From NCBI GenBank assembly GCA_964651735.1, contig CAZYYU010000004.1, forward strand, positions 141,687-205,686: 64,000 bases of DNA, read 5' to 3'. The notes under the pieces are model-generated. The model had not been told where the DNA came from. It did no database searches and saw only the letters and a program-made list of their open reading frames with translations. The number at the start of each line of letters is the position of its first letter. Within the stretch, counting starts at the first letter, position 1. Shown one piece after another: positions 1 through 9,783 of this stretch. The translations under genes were made by a program, and so were the position numbers. Source of the stretch: an uncultured Gammaproteobacteria bacterium. Its GTDB lineage: Bacteria > Pseudomonadota > Gammaproteobacteria > CAZYYU01.

Positions 1-621
1 TTGCTTAATGCTTTTTTCACCTTTGCTTCGACTTTTTGCACTGCGTTTTTGCTCTTTCATCAAGGCATAATGCATTTCCTTTTTTTCTTTATCGAGTTTG
101 GATATTTCCTGTTGAATTGATTGGCGTTTGATGGCAATTTCTCGTTGATAATCCTCATAATCGCCAGTAAATTGATGTATTTTCCCCTGATCAATATGCC
201 ACAAGGTGTCAACACAATGACGCAATAATTCAATATCGTGTGTCACAATAATTAATGTACCTCGATAGGAATTCAGCATTCTCATCAGTGATTTTCGATT
301 TCGCAAATCCAAATGATTAGTGGGTTCGTCTAAAAGCAATATAGAGGGATTTTTGCTTAATGCTTTGGTCAGTACTTTATTTAGGCGTTGACCACCACTT
401 AAACTGTTGAAATCTTCAACAATTTGAGGGACATAACCCACATTTGTATCTGCACCAAGGAATTGATGAATCATTTTTAGTAGGCTCGATTTACCTGATC
501 CATTACGACCAATGATAGCAATACGTTCTCCGAAATTGATTTGAGCAGAGAAATCTTCAAAGCAAATTTTGTGGGGGAAGCTTAGGCTAATGTTGTTAAG
601 TTGCACGGGTTTATGAATCAT
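1..621 (-). CDS. ABC-F family ATPase, N-terminal part (gene runs off the window start)
   Basis: Absent from the ORF track because the frame is open to position 1. Own reverse-strand translation from the ATG (complement of 621-619) gives MIHKPVQLNNISLSF...IAIIGRNGSGKSSLLKM (Walker A), LSGGQ, LLLDEPTNHLD (Walker B), then a charged K/E/Q linker typical of ABC-F proteins. Confidence 0.8.
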   Translation of the reverse strand, partial: MIHKPVQLNNISLSFPHKICFEDFSAQINFGERIAIIGRNGSGKSSLLKMIHQFLGADTNVGYVPQIVEDFNSLSGGQRLNKVLTKALSKNPSILLLDEPTNHLDLRNRKSLMRMLNSYRGTLIIVTHDIELLRHCVDTLWHIDQGKIHQFTGDYEDYQREIAIKRQSIQQEISKLDKEKKEMHYALMKEQKRSAKSRSKGEKSIKQ

Positions 622-827
622 ATCTTTGTCTCTCAAAGGGTTATAAAGTAAAAAACTTTGCCCTCTAATCAGGGCGACTTTAAGAGATGATTTTCATTGG
701 ACCGTGAACCTCGAGTGATGACTGAACTATATTAATTTTACGTTAATTCTTAGGGGTTTTCAAGTGCTATTGTTATAGAATTGCCATGCTAGAAAAGCAG
801 CCAGAATTTTGTCCGGAGATCTCTAGT

Positions 828-927
828 GTTGTCATACCGGCGGAGGCCGGTATCCAGTCTTATTGATAAATACTGAATTAAATCCTCTCATATTAAGACT
901 GGATCCCGGCCTTCGCCGGGATGACAG
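828..927. repeat. MITE/REP-like element with nested-hairpin terminal inverted repeats (copy 1)
   Basis: Left end GTCATACCGGCGGAGGCCGGTATCCA (831-856). Right end TGGATCCCGGCCTTCGCCGGGATGAC (900-925) is its near-exact reverse complement. Each arm is itself a GC-rich hairpin. A second copy lies at 11294-11388. Confidence 0.8.
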
Positions 928-1025
928 GAGAGGTCTTGACTAGTTTATCAAGGTGTTTGCCACTTAATATACATAGGGTTAAAATGAAATCGTTTTAGTA
1001 TATTACAGGAAGTAATTTTCAACTG

Positions 1026-2237
1026 ATGAACTCTTCAAACAAATTCTTAGAAAAATTAAGCAATATCCCTCGCAGTATATGGGTACTTGGTATCGTTAGT
1101 TTATTTATGGATACCTCATCGGAGCTCATTCACAGTTTGTTACCGATTTTTATGGTGACTACTTTAGGTGTTAGTGTAACTGCAGTAGGAATTGTAGAAG
1201 GAGTTGCAGAATCTACTGCATTGATAGTGAAGTTATTTTCAGGTGTATTGAGTGATTATTTTCGACAACGAAAAACTTTAACCATGATAGGTTATGGTTT
1301 AGCTGCAATTACAAAACCTTTATTCCCTCTGGCGAATTCTATAGCTTTAGTGATGGTTGCTCGATTTATAGACAGAATCGGAAAAGGAATTCGAGGTGCT
1401 CCACGAGATGCCATGGTGGGTGATTTAGCGCCACCTGAAATTCGTGGCGCTTGTTTTGGACTACGACAATCCTTAGATACCATCGGGGCATTTTTAGGTC
1501 CTCTCATCGCTATTTGTGGAATGCTATTTTTTTCTCAAAATCTTCGTGTGGTGTTATGGATTGCAGTCATTCCAGCGGTTTTTTCTTTTATTATATTAGC
1601 TGTGGGTGTGAAAGAACCTAAGTTTCATCAAGATGAGCAGTCAAAAGAGCGTTTAAATTTTAGAGAATGTCGCAATCTTGGTTCTGAGTTTTGGAAATTA
1701 ATTATAATCGCCAGTGTGTACACTCTTGCTCGTTTTAGTGATGCATTTCTGATATTAAAAGCTCAAGCCACGGGACTCCCTATCATTCTTGTGCCACTGG
1801 TAATGATTTTGATGAATATCATTTATGCCTTTTTTGCTTATCCCGCAGGAATTTTGTCGGATTATCTAAAACGTAAAACCGTTTTTCTTATTGGAATTTC
1901 TTTTTTAATTGCAGCTAATATTGTGTTTGGATTTACTCATAATCTCTGGATGTTAACCTTGGGAATCAGTTTATGGGGATTACATTTAGCATTTACCCAA
2001 GGCTTACTTGCAACAATGGTCACCGATACCTCAGCACCTCATATGCGTGGTACTGCTTATGGTATTTTCAATTTTGTATGTGGGATTGTGATGCTAATTT
2101 CAAGTATTATCGCTGGGTTATTATGGGATCATTTTGGATCATCATACACATTTTTTGCTGGGGCCATTTTTACTGCAATAGCTTTTGTTGGCATGCTGCT
2201 TGAATTAATGCCTAAAATGTCTAATCCCCGTAAATAA
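1026..2237 (+). CDS. MFS transporter
   Basis: 403-aa polytopic hydrophobic protein. MFS motif-A-like loops are present (GVLSDYFRQRKTL, DRIGKGIRGAPRDA). Confidence 0.8.
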   Translation: MNSSNKFLEKLSNIPRSIWVLGIVSLFMDTSSELIHSLLPIFMVTTLGVSVTAVGIVEGVAESTALIVKLFSGVLSDYFRQRKTLTMIGYGLAAITKPLFPLANSIALVMVARFIDRIGKGIRGAPRDAMVGDLAPPEIRGACFGLRQSLDTIGAFLGPLIAICGMLFFSQNLRVVLWIAVIPAVFSFIILAVGVKEPKFHQDEQSKERLNFRECRNLGSEFWKLIIIASVYTLARFSDAFLILKAQATGLPIILVPLVMILMNIIYAFFAYPAGILSDYLKRKTVFLIGISFLIAANIVFGFTHNLWMLTLGISLWGLHLAFTQGLLATMVTDTSAPHMRGTAYGIFNFVCGIVMLISSIIAGLLWDHFGSSYTFFAGAIFTAIAFVGMLLELMPKMSNPRK

Positions 2238-3761
2238 CATTGCGATATTAGCGGCATTTGCTGCTTCTATAATTTCTGTATCTCGCATTGAACCTCCAGG
2301 TTGTATGATGGCACTAATACCTGCTTGCGCAGCCATTTCGATGCCATCTCTGAAAGGAAAAAATGCATCTGAAGCCATTACAGCACCTAAAGTGTCTTGG
2401 CCTACATCTGCTGCTTTCATACTTGCAATTTTTGCACTGTATACACGACTTGTTTGGCCACCGCCGATGCCAAGGGTGACTAGGTTTTTAGCAATGACGA
2501 TGGCATTTGATTTAACAAATTTTACAACCTTCCATGCAAATAATAGATCCTGATATTCATTCTCTGTGGGAGTTCTATTGCTAACACATTGTAGTGTTGA
2601 GGTATTGAGAGGAATAGAATCCGATGCTTGAATCAGTAAGCCACCCTTGACTCGTTTATAGTCTAGCGATGGTATTGACTGATTTTGATAGGCATTAACC
2701 TTGTGGGTTAGTATTCTTATATTAGTTTTTGTTTGGAGGTATATTCTAGCTTCATCTTCTACTTGTGGTGCTATGATGACTTCCACAAACTGTTTTTCCA
2801 GTATTGATTTTGCGGTACTAAAATCCAATTTTTTATTGAAGGCAATAATTCCGCCAAAAGCGGAGGTTGGATCTGCATCAAAGGCTTTTTGATAAGCTTC
2901 TAGTATGTTATTTCCTATAGCAACTCCACAGGGATTGGCATGTTTTACAATCACGCAAGCAGGGGCTGAAAAATGTTTGACGCACTCTAGAGCAGTGTCA
3001 GCATCGGCAATATTATTAAATGATAATGCTTTACCTTGTAATTGTGTTGCTGATGAAATTGTTTGATCGTCTGAATTCTCAGATTCCCTATAAAAAGCGG
3101 CAGTTTGATGTGGGTTTTCACCATAACGCAAGTCTTGCTTCTTAAGATATTGAGGAGAGTAAGTTGAAGGAAATAGTGCTTGATGATCACCATTTAAATA
3201 ATTGGCAATTGCAGCATCGTAATCTGCAATATACTGGAAAGCTTTTTTTGCAAGCTCAAAACGTTTGAGTTCTGTTAATGTGCCGTTTTCTAAATGAGTT
3301 AGAACAGTGGAATAGTCATTAGGATCAACAATCACGGTAACATATTGATAATTTTTAGCAGCAGCGCGTATTAATGTAACTCCGCCAATATCGATATTTT
3401 CAATGGCAGTACTAAGGCTACACTTTGGATTTTGAATAATTTGTTGAAAGGGATAGAGATTCACTACCACGAGATCAATTTTATCTATATCATAGTGGTT
3501 CATAATGTGATCATCTTCGCCTTTACGTCCCAAAATTCCGCCGTATATTTTAGGGTGAAGTGTTTTGACTCTGCCATCCATGATTTCAGGAAATTTGGTA
3601 TAATCAGATATGAGGGTAACAGGGATATCATTTTTTTGTAATAAATGAGCAGTACCACCTGTCGATAATAAATTAATTTTCATATCAAATAGCGCTCGTG
3701 AAAATTCTACTATCCCGTTTTTTTCTGTGACACTAATCAATGCCTGTTGTCTAATTGTCAT
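2205..3761 (-). CDS. purH: Bifunctional AICAR formyltransferase / IMP cyclohydrolase
   Basis: 518 aa. N-terminal MGS-like region ALISVTEKNGIVEF...LLSTGGTA...DGRVKTLHPKIYGGILGR and a full-length AICARFT region. Confidence 0.95.
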   Translation of the reverse strand: MTIRQQALISVTEKNGIVEFSRALFDMKINLLSTGGTAHLLQKNDIPVTLISDYTKFPEIMDGRVKTLHPKIYGGILGRKGEDDHIMNHYDIDKIDLVVVNLYPFQQIIQNPKCSLSTAIENIDIGGVTLIRAAAKNYQYVTVIVDPNDYSTVLTHLENGTLTELKRFELAKKAFQYIADYDAAIANYLNGDHQALFPSTYSPQYLKKQDLRYGENPHQTAAFYRESENSDDQTISSATQLQGKALSFNNIADADTALECVKHFSAPACVIVKHANPCGVAIGNNILEAYQKAFDADPTSAFGGIIAFNKKLDFSTAKSILEKQFVEVIIAPQVEDEARIYLQTKTNIRILTHKVNAYQNQSIPSLDYKRVKGGLLIQASDSIPLNTSTLQCVSNRTPTENEYQDLLFAWKVVKFVKSNAIVIAKNLVTLGIGGGQTSRVYSAKIASMKAADVGQDTLGAVMASDAFFPFRDGIEMAAQAGISAIIQPGGSMRDTEIIEAANAANIAMLFTGIRHFRH

Positions 3762-4527
3762 AGTAGTTCTCTCGAATTAATTCTAAGATCTGATCGTGTA
3801 GTTTTTTATTAGCTGTCGCGAGGATGGTTCCATTGAAATTATGTCTATTAGGCAAGTTTCCATTCCAATCGGTGATCATACCCCCAGATCCTTCGATGAT
3901 AGGAATGAGAGCTGCAATATCATAGTATTGAAGATCAGCCTCAAAAATAACATCAATCAGACCCGAGGCAAGCAAACCATAAGAATAAGCATCTCCTCCA
4001 TAAGAAACCACAGAGGCTAATTTGCGTATTGACTCGAATTTTTTTATTTGAGTTTTTGAAACAAACATCTCAGGTGTGGTGCAGCTCAATTTGATAAAAT
4101 CGGGACTGTAATTGACATTGGTATGACAGGGTATTCCATTTAATGAACTTTGTTGAGCAAGATTGCCTACCCATCGTTCTTTGGAGATAGGTTGATCAAT
4201 GATCCCAAATAGGGGTTTGTCATCTTTTAATAGTGCAATGAGTGTGCAAAAAGTAGGTTTTCCAGTCGTAAAGGATATCGTACCGTCGATAGGATCTATT
4301 ACCCAGATATACTCTGAGTTTGTAGATTTAAAATCATATTCTTCACCTAATATTCCATGATCAGGTAAAGTCTTATTTAAGTATTGTCTCAGAGCCATTT
4401 CAATTTCTAAATCGACTTGAGTAACTGGGTATATTCCTTTTTTTAAAGATAATGATATCTCTCTCCTAAAGTAAGATCGTGCAATATCCGCTGCAATATC
4501 TGCAAGTGTGTTTGCAATGTTTAACAT
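3751..4527 (-). CDS. Inositol-monophosphatase-family phosphatase, probably a HisN-type histidinol-phosphate phosphatase
   Basis: IMPase motifs WVIDPIDGT and GEE, 258 aa. It is divergent from hisG, and the operon's HisB portion lacks a phosphatase domain. The functional assignment is inference. Confidence 0.7.
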   Translation of the reverse strand: MLNIANTLADIAADIARSYFRREISLSLKKGIYPVTQVDLEIEMALRQYLNKTLPDHGILGEEYDFKSTNSEYIWVIDPIDGTISFTTGKPTFCTLIALLKDDKPLFGIIDQPISKERWVGNLAQQSSLNGIPCHTNVNYSPDFIKLSCTTPEMFVSKTQIKKFESIRKLASVVSYGGDAYSYGLLASGLIDVIFEADLQYYDIAALIPIIEGSGGMITDWNGNLPNRHNFNGTILATANKKLHDQILELIRENYYDN

Positions 4528-4543
4528 ATTCTTTTCCTATGTA

Positions 4544-4572
4544 TTGACAATGTTCAAATGTACTAGTAAGAT
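4544..4572 (+). promoter_or_regulatory. Sigma70-type promoter candidate for the his operon
   Basis: TTGACA (4544-4549), 17-nt spacer, TAAGAT (4567-4572), about 35 nt upstream of the hisG ATG. The short leader contains no His-codon leader peptide. Confidence 0.5.
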
Positions 4573-4606
4573 AGCACAGTAATACAATACACCATCGAGG
4601 TTAAAA

Positions 4607-5500
4607 ATGCAACAGAGAAGTAAAATGCGTATCGCAATACAACGATCCGGCAGATTGGCTGAGGGAAGTCAGTGTTTTTTAAGAAAATGCGGGATAAACG
4701 TGAGAACTGCTAAAAATCAGCTTATCTCTCAAGATGATGTGTTTGGTGTGGAGTTGTTATTCGCAAGAGATGATGATATTCCAGGGCTTGTGGAATCAGG
4801 GGTGTGTGATCTTGGAATTATTGGTCAAAATTTATTATCTGAATATTGTGGGGCTGATGAAAATCGCTATAAAGCTCTAGAGGTTATCATGCCATTAGGC
4901 TTTTCAAAATGTCGATTAAGTATTGCTTCCCCTAAGGCTAATTCACTAAAGTCTATTAGTGATATTAATGGAAAGGTTATTGCTACCTCCTATCCCAATA
5001 TTCTCCAAGAATATTTAAAAGTAAATAATATTAATGCACAAATTGTCACTATGCACGGTTCAGTGGAAATGGCTCCTTTGATTGGTATTGCGGATTTGAT
5101 ATGTGACTTAGTATCTAGTGGTGCGACTTTAAGTGAAAATGCTTTACAGGAATGTATGGTTGTTGCTCAAAGTGAAGCGATTTTGATCAGAAATTCAAGC
5201 GAATTAAGCGCTGAGAAACAAAATCTATTAGATAGACTGATTTTACGTATTAATGGCGTGCTTAATGCTAATCAAAATAAGTATATTATGTTACACATTG
5301 ATCGTAAAAAACTGCCATTATTAACGCAGATATTACCGGGAAAAGAATCGCCAACGATAGTGGATTTACAAGGAATTCCCGATAAGGTAGTGGTTCATGT
5401 TGTGAGTCTAGAAGGGATATTCTGGGAAACCATAGAAAAATTAAAAGCTATTGGTGCAAGTTCAATACTTGTACTACCTATAGAAAAAATGTGTGCATAG
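4607..5500 (+). CDS. hisG: ATP phosphoribosyltransferase (long form)
   Basis: RIAIQRSGRL..., 297 aa including the C-terminal regulatory domain. GAGG lies 6 nt upstream of the ATG at 4607. An alternative ATG is at 4625. Confidence 0.9.
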   Translation: MQQRSKMRIAIQRSGRLAEGSQCFLRKCGINVRTAKNQLISQDDVFGVELLFARDDDIPGLVESGVCDLGIIGQNLLSEYCGADENRYKALEVIMPLGFSKCRLSIASPKANSLKSISDINGKVIATSYPNILQEYLKVNNINAQIVTMHGSVEMAPLIGIADLICDLVSSGATLSENALQECMVVAQSEAILIRNSSELSAEKQNLLDRLILRINGVLNANQNKYIMLHIDRKKLPLLTQILPGKESPTIVDLQGIPDKVVVHVVSLEGIFWETIEKLKAIGASSILVLPIEKMCA

Positions 5501-5509
5501 AGGTGGTAT

Positions 5510-6811
5510 ATGAAAATAATGATGTGGAATGAGCTCAATGACACTGAACGATCTAAAATAATGGTTCGTGGGAATTTGAGTGTAGAAAATAAGGTTCGTG
5601 AAAGTGTTTATGACATCATTGTTAACGTCAAACAATTTGGTGATCGTGCTGTTAAAGCCTATACTCAGCAATTCGATGGAGTTTTATTGGAGAATTTGGG
5701 TTTAGATGAAGCTGAATGGGAAAATGCCGATAAGATTGATGACAGCGCAAAACAAGCGATTAATTCTGCTTATAAAAATATAAAACGATTTCATGCTTTA
5801 CAAATTCCAAGAGCTATTGTTCAAAATCTGGATGATATTTCTCTTTCCAAAGAATATCGAGCGATTGAAAAGGTGGGGCTATATATTCCTGGAGGTACGG
5901 CACCTTTGGTTTCTACATTATTAATGTTAGGAATTCCCGCTCAGTTGGCAGGGTGTAAAAAAATTGTACTGGTTACACCACCTAGTCAAGAAGGTAGCAT
6001 TAATCCTGCAATTCTTTATGCCGCAAAATGCTGTGGCATTAATCAAGTTTACAAAATGGGTGGTGCGCAAGCCATTGCTGCGCTTGCTTATGGAACTGAA
6101 ACAGTTCCTAAGGTCATGAAAATATTTGGACCGGGTAATAAATATGTTACCGAAGCAAAATTGCAAGTATTTCAAGATCCCTTAGGTTGTGCTTTGGATA
6201 TGCCAGCAGGTCCTTCTGAGGTATTGGTGATTGCAGATAATCAAGCAAATCCCAGTTTTGTTGCAGCCGATTTACTCGCCCAAGCGGAGCATGATGTCGA
6301 TGCAAAAGTGATATTGCTAACGACGGATATTAATTTTGCTAACAAGGTTAATGTTGAAATAGAAGCTCAAACTAAAAGCTTGAGTCGTCAAGCCATTTTA
6401 GGAAAATCCTTAAAGGCTGGATATATTATTGTCGCCAATAGTATTGAAGACGCTTTTAGTATTTCAAATATCTACGCTCCAGAACATTTAATTTTACAAA
6501 TAGAAAACCCCCGATCTTATTTATCGAAAATTCAAAATGCAGGATCCGTATTTGTAGGGCCTTGGTCGGCAGAAGCCTTGGGTGATTATGCCAGTGGACC
6601 TAATGCAGTCTTGCCTACCTATGGATATGCGAACAGTTACAGTGGGATCACTGTGGAAAGCTATATGAAATCGATTTCATTTCAAGAAGTCGCTAAAGAA
6701 GGTTTGATAAACATAGCGAAGTGTGTAGAGGTTTTGGCGGATTTAGAAGGATTGGATGCGCACAAAAACTCAATGCTAATCAGACGTCAATATATAGAGG
6801 CTTTATCATGA
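5510..6811 (+). CDS. hisD: Histidinol dehydrogenase
   Basis: 433 aa with conserved QAEHD and GPSEVLVIAD-type motifs. SD GAGGTGG precedes the start. Confidence 0.95.
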   Translation: MKIMMWNELNDTERSKIMVRGNLSVENKVRESVYDIIVNVKQFGDRAVKAYTQQFDGVLLENLGLDEAEWENADKIDDSAKQAINSAYKNIKRFHALQIPRAIVQNLDDISLSKEYRAIEKVGLYIPGGTAPLVSTLLMLGIPAQLAGCKKIVLVTPPSQEGSINPAILYAAKCCGINQVYKMGGAQAIAALAYGTETVPKVMKIFGPGNKYVTEAKLQVFQDPLGCALDMPAGPSEVLVIADNQANPSFVAADLLAQAEHDVDAKVILLTTDINFANKVNVEIEAQTKSLSRQAILGKSLKAGYIIVANSIEDAFSISNIYAPEHLILQIENPRSYLSKIQNAGSVFVGPWSAEALGDYASGPNAVLPTYGYANSYSGITVESYMKSISFQEVAKEGLINIAKCVEVLADLEGLDAHKNSMLIRRQYIEALS

Positions 6812-8445
6812 GTTGGTTAAATAAATTGATGAAACCCGAGTTAGTGAATTTTAAGCCTTATCGTTCTGCTCGGAGTGAATATTCTGGTATCAATCAAATT
6901 CAACTGGATGCCAATGAAAGTGCTGTGGCACCTTATGGCCAAGGATGCTTGGGCTTAAATCGATACCCTGAACCTCAACCCATGAAGTTACAGTTAAAAT
7001 TAGCTGAATTGTATGGGGTGAATGTTGATCAAGTGTTAATGACTAGAGGTACTGATGAAGGAATCGATTTATTGATACGCGCATTTTGTGTGGCTTATAA
7101 AGATTCTATTACTATCACACCGCCAACTTTTGGATATTATCAAATTGCTGCTGAAATAAATAATGCTAAAGTTATTAAAATACCGCTGTTAAAGGATTTC
7201 GACCCGAATTGGAATGAACTGCAGGATATACCTAGTACAAAAATCATTTTTTTGTGTAATCCTAATAATCCCACGGGAAATCTACTTCACTTAGATCAGA
7301 TTAGAAAAACATGTGAAAATTATGAGGGACGAGCACTCATTGTTGTTGATGAAGCCTACATTGAATTTGCTCAAAGTACCTCGGCAACTTCTTTATTATC
7401 TCAGTGCAAAAATTTAGTGGTATTACGTACCTTATCCAAAGCTTATGGCCTAGCTGGACTTAGGATAGGTGCTGTTATAGCGAATTCGGATATTATTTCT
7501 TTGTTATTAAAGATTATCCCACCTTATCCTATACCGAGTCCTTGTAGTGAAATAGCATTGAGTTGTCTTTCACCCATAGGGCTTGCTTTTACTAATAAAA
7601 GTATTGCAAAAATAATACAGCAACGAGAATATTTAAAAGAAAATCTACGTCGATCAGCAAAAATAAAAAATGTTTATGAGAGTAAAGCCAACTTTTTGTT
7701 ATTGATTGCTAACAATGCTCAAGATCTATATCAAGAACTAAAGGCTAAGGGTATTATTGTTCGATTACGTTCAAATGAAATACCAGATGCAATTCGAATT
7801 ACAGTAGGAACACCAGAAGAAAATAAGTTGCTCTTGTGTGCTTTGGATCTTATTCCTCCAGAGACAAGTCTTATCCGTAAAGCCAGTAAATTGCGAAAAA
7901 CACAAGAAACAGAGATAGGGTGTGAAGTAATTTTAGATAATCAGGCCATAGCAACAATTAATACGGGGGTGAATTTTTTTGATCACATGTTAGAACAGTT
8001 AGCTCGTCACAGTGGAATTTCTCTTGATATTCAGGCAGTGGGTGATATTGATGTTGATGCACATCATACGGTAGAAGATGTTGCCATTGTTTTAGGGGCA
8101 ACATTAAAAGAAGCCTTGGGTGATAAACGGGGAATAAACCGTTACGGATTTATATTGCCAATGGATGAAGCCGAAGCTAAGGTCAGTTTAGATTTGAGTG
8201 GTAGAGGTTATTGTCGTTTCGATGCTAAATTTAATAGTCCTCAGGTTGGCGATTTACCCACGGAAATGGTTTCTCATTTTTTTAAATCGTTGAGTGATAA
8301 TTTAGGGGCAGCCATCCACATTGTTGCTACCGGCGAAAATACTCACCACATGGTTGAATCGATATTTAAATGTTTTGCTAAAAGCTTGGGGCAAGCCATT
8401 AAGGGCAGTGGTGATCAATTACCATCGACCAAAGGTGTATTATGA
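6808..8445 (+). CDS. hisC-hisB: Fusion protein: histidinol-phosphate aminotransferase (HisC) with imidazoleglycerol-phosphate dehydratase (HisB dehydratase domain only)
   Basis: One uninterrupted frame. The start at 6808 overlaps the hisD stop as ATGA; the track start at 6721 lies inside hisD. N-terminal ~350 aa are class-II aminotransferase (NPNNPTG, SKAYGLAGLRIG). C-terminal ~190 aa are IGPD (FFDHMLEQLARHSG, DAHHTVEDVAIVLG, GENTHHMVESIFK). The junction is near 7860-7880. Confidence 0.85.
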   Translation: MSWLNKLMKPELVNFKPYRSARSEYSGINQIQLDANESAVAPYGQGCLGLNRYPEPQPMKLQLKLAELYGVNVDQVLMTRGTDEGIDLLIRAFCVAYKDSITITPPTFGYYQIAAEINNAKVIKIPLLKDFDPNWNELQDIPSTKIIFLCNPNNPTGNLLHLDQIRKTCENYEGRALIVVDEAYIEFAQSTSATSLLSQCKNLVVLRTLSKAYGLAGLRIGAVIANSDIISLLLKIIPPYPIPSPCSEIALSCLSPIGLAFTNKSIAKIIQQREYLKENLRRSAKIKNVYESKANFLLLIANNAQDLYQELKAKGIIVRLRSNEIPDAIRITVGTPEENKLLLCALDLIPPETSLIRKASKLRKTQETEIGCEVILDNQAIATINTGVNFFDHMLEQLARHSGISLDIQAVGDIDVDAHHTVEDVAIVLGATLKEALGDKRGINRYGFILPMDEAEAKVSLDLSGRGYCRFDAKFNSPQVGDLPTEMVSHFFKSLSDNLGAAIHIVATGENTHHMVESIFKCFAKSLGQAIKGSGDQLPSTKGVL

Positions 8446-9047
8446 AAAATAAATCTTTGGTCATCGTTGATGGAGGAGGAGCAAATTTCACCTCCATTCA
8501 AGCAGCATTATCCCGTCTCGGTGTTTTGGCTGAAATTACCAGTGATGCTAAAGTGATTCAAGGGGCAGATTATGTAATTTTGCCTGGAGTGGGTGCAGCA
8601 GGTTATGCCATGAAATTATTAAGAGAAAAAAACTTAACTAAGGTCATTAAAAATTTAAGTCAGCCGGTCCTAGGAATATGTTTGGGTGAGCAGCTATTAT
8701 GTTCAAGCTCTGAAGAGAATAATACTCAGGGTATGGATATTATTCCTTTGAGAGTAAATAAACTGACTAATATTCGAGTCATTCCACACATGGGTTGGAA
8801 TACGTTGGAAAATATCGATAAAAATGATCCTTTGTTGAAGGGCATAAGTTCAGATGATAATTTTTATTTTGTACACAGTTTCGCCGCTGAAATTAAGCAA
8901 CCCTACACTTTATGTGTCTGTAATTACGGCGTACAATTTTCTGCAGTCATTAAAAAAAATAATTTTTATGGTGTTCAGTTTCACCCTGAAAAATCGGGAA
9001 AAGCCGGTGAGCGAATTTTACAAAATTTTCTAAATATACCTATTTAA
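8442..9047 (+). CDS. hisH: Imidazole glycerol phosphate synthase, glutamine amidotransferase subunit
   Basis: 201 aa. GICLGEQLL nucleophile elbow and FHPEKS motif. ATGA overlap with the upstream gene. Confidence 0.9.
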   Translation: MKNKSLVIVDGGGANFTSIQAALSRLGVLAEITSDAKVIQGADYVILPGVGAAGYAMKLLREKNLTKVIKNLSQPVLGICLGEQLLCSSSEENNTQGMDIIPLRVNKLTNIRVIPHMGWNTLENIDKNDPLLKGISSDDNFYFVHSFAAEIKQPYTLCVCNYGVQFSAVIKKNNFYGVQFHPEKSGKAGERILQNFLNIPI

Positions 9048-9057
9048 ATGGTGCGAG

Positions 9058-9783
9058 ATGATTATTATACCTAGTATTGATATTAAAGAAGGAAAGTGTG
9101 TGAGATTAACACAGGGGGATTTTCGTCAATCCACGGTTTATAGTAGTACCCCTGGCGCAATAGCTCAACAATTTTCTGATCGTGGAGCAATTCGCTTGCA
9201 CATTGTGGACTTGGATGGTGCAAAAATAGGACAACTTTCACAGATAAGTACTATTAAAGATATTATTTTAAATTTTAAAGGGCTCGTTCAAGTGGGTGGT
9301 GGTATCCGTCGAAAAGCAGATATCGATACTCTACTCATGCTGGGTGCAGATCGGATAGTGATTGGAACAGGTGCAGTTCAAGATATTGCCCAAACATTAA
9401 CATGGATTAATGAATACGGCCCTTCTTCAATTGTATTAGCCTTTGATTTTAAAATGACTGAAAATGTACCTTATATTGCAGTGTCTGGCTGGCAAGAAAA
9501 TACGAAATTAAGATTGTGGGATATTTTAGATAACTATCAAAATATAGAACACATATTATGTACCGATATAGCTAAAGATGGTATGCAAGAGGGTCCAAAT
9601 TTCACTTTTTACAAAACATTAAGAACATCCTATCCTAAAATTAAAGTTCAAGCCTCCGGAGGCATTAGAAATCTAGATGATTTAAAAAAATTAGATGATT
9701 TAGGTGTGAGTGGAGCAATAGTTGGTAAAGCCATCTATGAAAATAAAATATCTATCGAGGAGGCGATAATATGCTTAGGCTAA
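9058..9783 (+). CDS. hisA: ProFAR isomerase
   Basis: [17 protein letters not shown]..., 241 aa, TIM-barrel HisA pattern. Confidence 0.9.
   Translation: MIIIPSIDIKEGKCVRLTQGDFRQSTVYSSTPGAIAQQFSDRGAIRLHIVDLDGAKIGQLSQISTIKDIILNFKGLVQVGGGIRRKADIDTLLMLGADRIVIGTGAVQDIAQTLTWINEYGPSSIVLAFDFKMTENVPYIAVSGWQENTKLRLWDILDNYQNIEHILCTDIAKDGMQEGPNFTFYKTLRTSYPKIKVQASGGIRNLDDLKKLDDLGVSGAIVGKAIYENKISIEEAIICLG

Noticed and set aside
4528-4606. Searched for a His-codon leader peptide or attenuator upstream of hisG
   Set aside because: The leader is only about 35 nt beyond the predicted -10 box and contains no His-rich mini-ORF or terminator, so there is no enterobacterial-type attenuation here.
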